NCBI GenBank assembly: GCA_024654535.1
Contig: JANLHL010000016.1
Location: 160,626-224,625, forward strand
Direction: 5' to 3'
Length of the DNA: 64,000 nt
Origin: Candidatus Roizmanbacteria bacterium
GTDB taxonomy: Bacteria; Patescibacteriota; Microgenomatia; UBA1406
The position numbers and the translations under genes were made by a program. Below the pieces are notes generated by a model. It searched no databases, was not told the origin of the DNA, and saw only the letters and a program-made list of their open reading frames with translations. Positions 62,559 through 64,000 of the stretch are shown here, piece after piece. The first letter of the stretch is position 1, and each line of letters opens with the position of its first letter.

Positions 62559-62849
62559 TTAGGGAGTAGGAGTTTGCATTGCTTCGATCTGACTATATAC
62601 ATCTCCAAGTTTTCTTGCTGCCTCAGTTGCAACTGCTCTATATTCCTCATCAACAGCTTTTGCTTGATCGGCTGTTAATGTTGCTGCAGGAGTTGGTGTT
62701 TCATACACTGGTACAGGTATTTTCGAATCGTTTGAATCGCACCCGCTCACAAACAACATAGCAAGTATCAAACTCGTTGCAATAGAATTTCTCATTGTGT
62801 GGTGTTCGTTACCAAAAGCAGAGAAGGGTGTATACTTCAAGATATCCAT
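62559..62849 (-). CDS. Small putative lipoprotein
   Basis: MRNSIATSLILAMLFVSGCDSNDS (lipobox VSGC) begins at internal ATG 62795. The track start 62849 has TGaTATTAT (rc 62855-62863) 5 nt upstream, so the start is ambiguous. Confidence 0.55.
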   Translation of the reverse strand: MDILKYTPFSAFGNEHHTMRNSIATSLILAMLFVSGCDSNDSKIPVPVYETPTPAATLTADQAKAVDEEYRAVATEAARKLGDVYSQIEAMQTPTP

Positions 62850-62936
62850 ATCCTATAATATCATAAACCGAACAGTATGTCTACTTCATTGTGTTCTATT
62901 GTCAAAACAGGATCAATACAAATCTATAAACTAATC

Positions 62937-63800
62937 TTAGTTTGACATTTCGTGAGGGAGTGAAAAGACATGGATTCCGCTATCAGTTATCCATTCTTCA
63001 CGTTCTCCAAAAAGCAACGCTGGATAATTTGGCTTAACTTCTTTAGCCAAACATAAATTGAAGCTTAAATCACCGGCGGCCAATCTCAAAGTGGCAGCTT
63101 GTGCAGTATCGGTGAAAGTTGCTTTAATTCCAGCTCTCTGTAATTGTTCGTATGAAAATGGATCACCTACCACCTCCCAACCTGTATTCATTGGAACGAC
63201 TTTGTCTGGGAGAAAAATAAGAATTGGTGGGCTACTGTCACCACTTTGTATCCCTAATCGTCTTGCTATCTGATTATCTTGAGTTATCAAACTTCCATAA
63301 GATATGTCACCCATTACGTCCCGACGATTTAGAACATCGCGACTTACCGAGAGAGTTTCCACTACTGGCGAAACGTCCTCTGGCAAATGGAGTAACTTAA
63401 CCTGACTTTCTAATCTTCCATTACCACCATTTGGTGTAGCGTAGATAAATTTATATTCAGTAGACCCGGCAGGTTGATTACTCTGCGATAAATAAGGATG
63501 GCGCGTACACAACTCTACAAAGTCAGGCATGATTAATTGACTTGATCCGCCAAGAGCGTCTGCGCCTATTTTCATTTCTGTAGTATGAAAATCAATATTC
63601 CTGCCTTCACGATTTCTATATCTAAAATATGAAATATCTCCTTCTGAACAAGAACTACAAACTCTTTGGTCTTGGTCTAAAATATTAAGTAGACTACGAT
63701 CAAACTGAAGCGATGGGCGAGCAGCTTTCATAATATAATTTTCTCCATTTGAAAGAGGGGGTTGATTCAGATATCCTGTGTATATATCTACCTTACTCAT
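62937..63800 (-). CDS. Hypothetical protein
   Basis: ATG 63800 (MSKVDIYTGYLNQ...) is preceded on the minus strand by TTGACT (rc 63831-63836), 17 nt, TAGAAT (rc 63808-63813), then 7 nt. Track start 63836 (TTG) lies inside that promoter. Confidence 0.6.
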   Translation of the reverse strand: MSKVDIYTGYLNQPPLSNGENYIMKAARPSLQFDRSLLNILDQDQRVCSSCSEGDISYFRYRNREGRNIDFHTTEMKIGADALGGSSQLIMPDFVELCTRHPYLSQSNQPAGSTEYKFIYATPNGGNGRLESQVKLLHLPEDVSPVVETLSVSRDVLNRRDVMGDISYGSLITQDNQIARRLGIQSGDSSPPILIFLPDKVVPMNTGWEVVGDPFSYEQLQRAGIKATFTDTAQAATLRLAAGDLSFNLCLAKEVKPNYPALLFGEREEWITDSGIHVFSLPHEMSN

Positions 63801-64000
63801 GAATGTAATTCTACAATAAATATATGTAATAGTCAAATACTATAGGAGTATATTTAGACGTACGCTTTTAATACCTTCTTGAATAAAGGGTATAGAAAGG
63901 AGACAAGAAGAGATTTACATATAACTACAGGATAAGTTATATATCACTTTTTGCAAAAATAAAGGGTTGCTGTTGTTTAAGTGATTATTAGTTCAATCCT

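Noticed and set aside
63960-64000. tRNA-like T-loop words (…gttcaatcct) at the right edge
   Set aside because: The preceding sequence cannot form acceptor, D or anticodon arms at the right distances. No cloverleaf could be drawn, and the window ends before anything could be confirmed.
1-64000. Alternative genetic code (UGA recoding as in some CPR relatives)
   Set aside because: Long uninterrupted ORFs with family motifs are obtained with the standard code. TGA is used as a genuine stop in many ATGA stop/start overlaps, for example 23378-23381 and 56231-56234.
1-64000. Prophage, defence island, toxin-antitoxin or secretion-system genes
   Set aside because: I found no capsid, terminase, integrase, nuclease/helicase defence signatures, restriction-modification or TA-like gene pairs. 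The window is essentially envelope-glycan and salvage metabolism.

Overview
This is a 64-kb window from an AT-rich, very gene-dense bacterial genome that uses the standard genetic code. I saw no rRNA, tRNA, CRISPR, transposase, integrase or phage genes. The gene content suggests a Candidate Phyla Radiation / Patescibacteria (Microgenomates-like) organism, which is inference only: many ArnT/PMT-like GT-C membrane glycosyltransferases, nucleoside-salvage genes (tdk, PNP, PfkB kinase, MazG-like), LCP, MurJ, a four-helix-bundle 'IVS/Avd-like' protein, and almost no Shine-Dalgarno sites.

About 60 CDS are supported, dominated by a very large glycan-synthesis and glycosylation region:
- 11 polytopic GT-C-like membrane proteins, 7 GT2, 4 GT4 and 4 SAM methyltransferases.
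- Sugar-nucleotide enzymes: Gmd, GalE, a WecB-like epimerase, a DegT aminotransferase and an SDR epimerase.
- Three flippase-like proteins.

The most unusual signals are:
1. A dispersed family of degenerate heptamer arrays (TTTGACA/TTGGATA/TTTGTCA words) at ten or more intergenic sites. They are arranged as large palindromes whose centres hold nothing, nested GC-rich hairpins, or a whole small gene (ferredoxin; four-helix-bundle protein).
2. A consistent -10 box, often an extended TGn -10, ending 4-7 nt before start codons. This implies mostly leaderless mRNAs.
3. A four-segment terminator/antiterminator with a 23-codon Leu-run leader ORF upstream of an orphan 65-aa gene.
4. A low-GC island at about 15.3-30.4 kb.
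5. Unusual enzymes: a dual ATP-grasp fusion, a B12-radical-SAM protein with an apparent Cx4Cx2C motif, and two HprK-like P-loop paralogues.

All functional calls come from motif recognition by eye. No searches were run.
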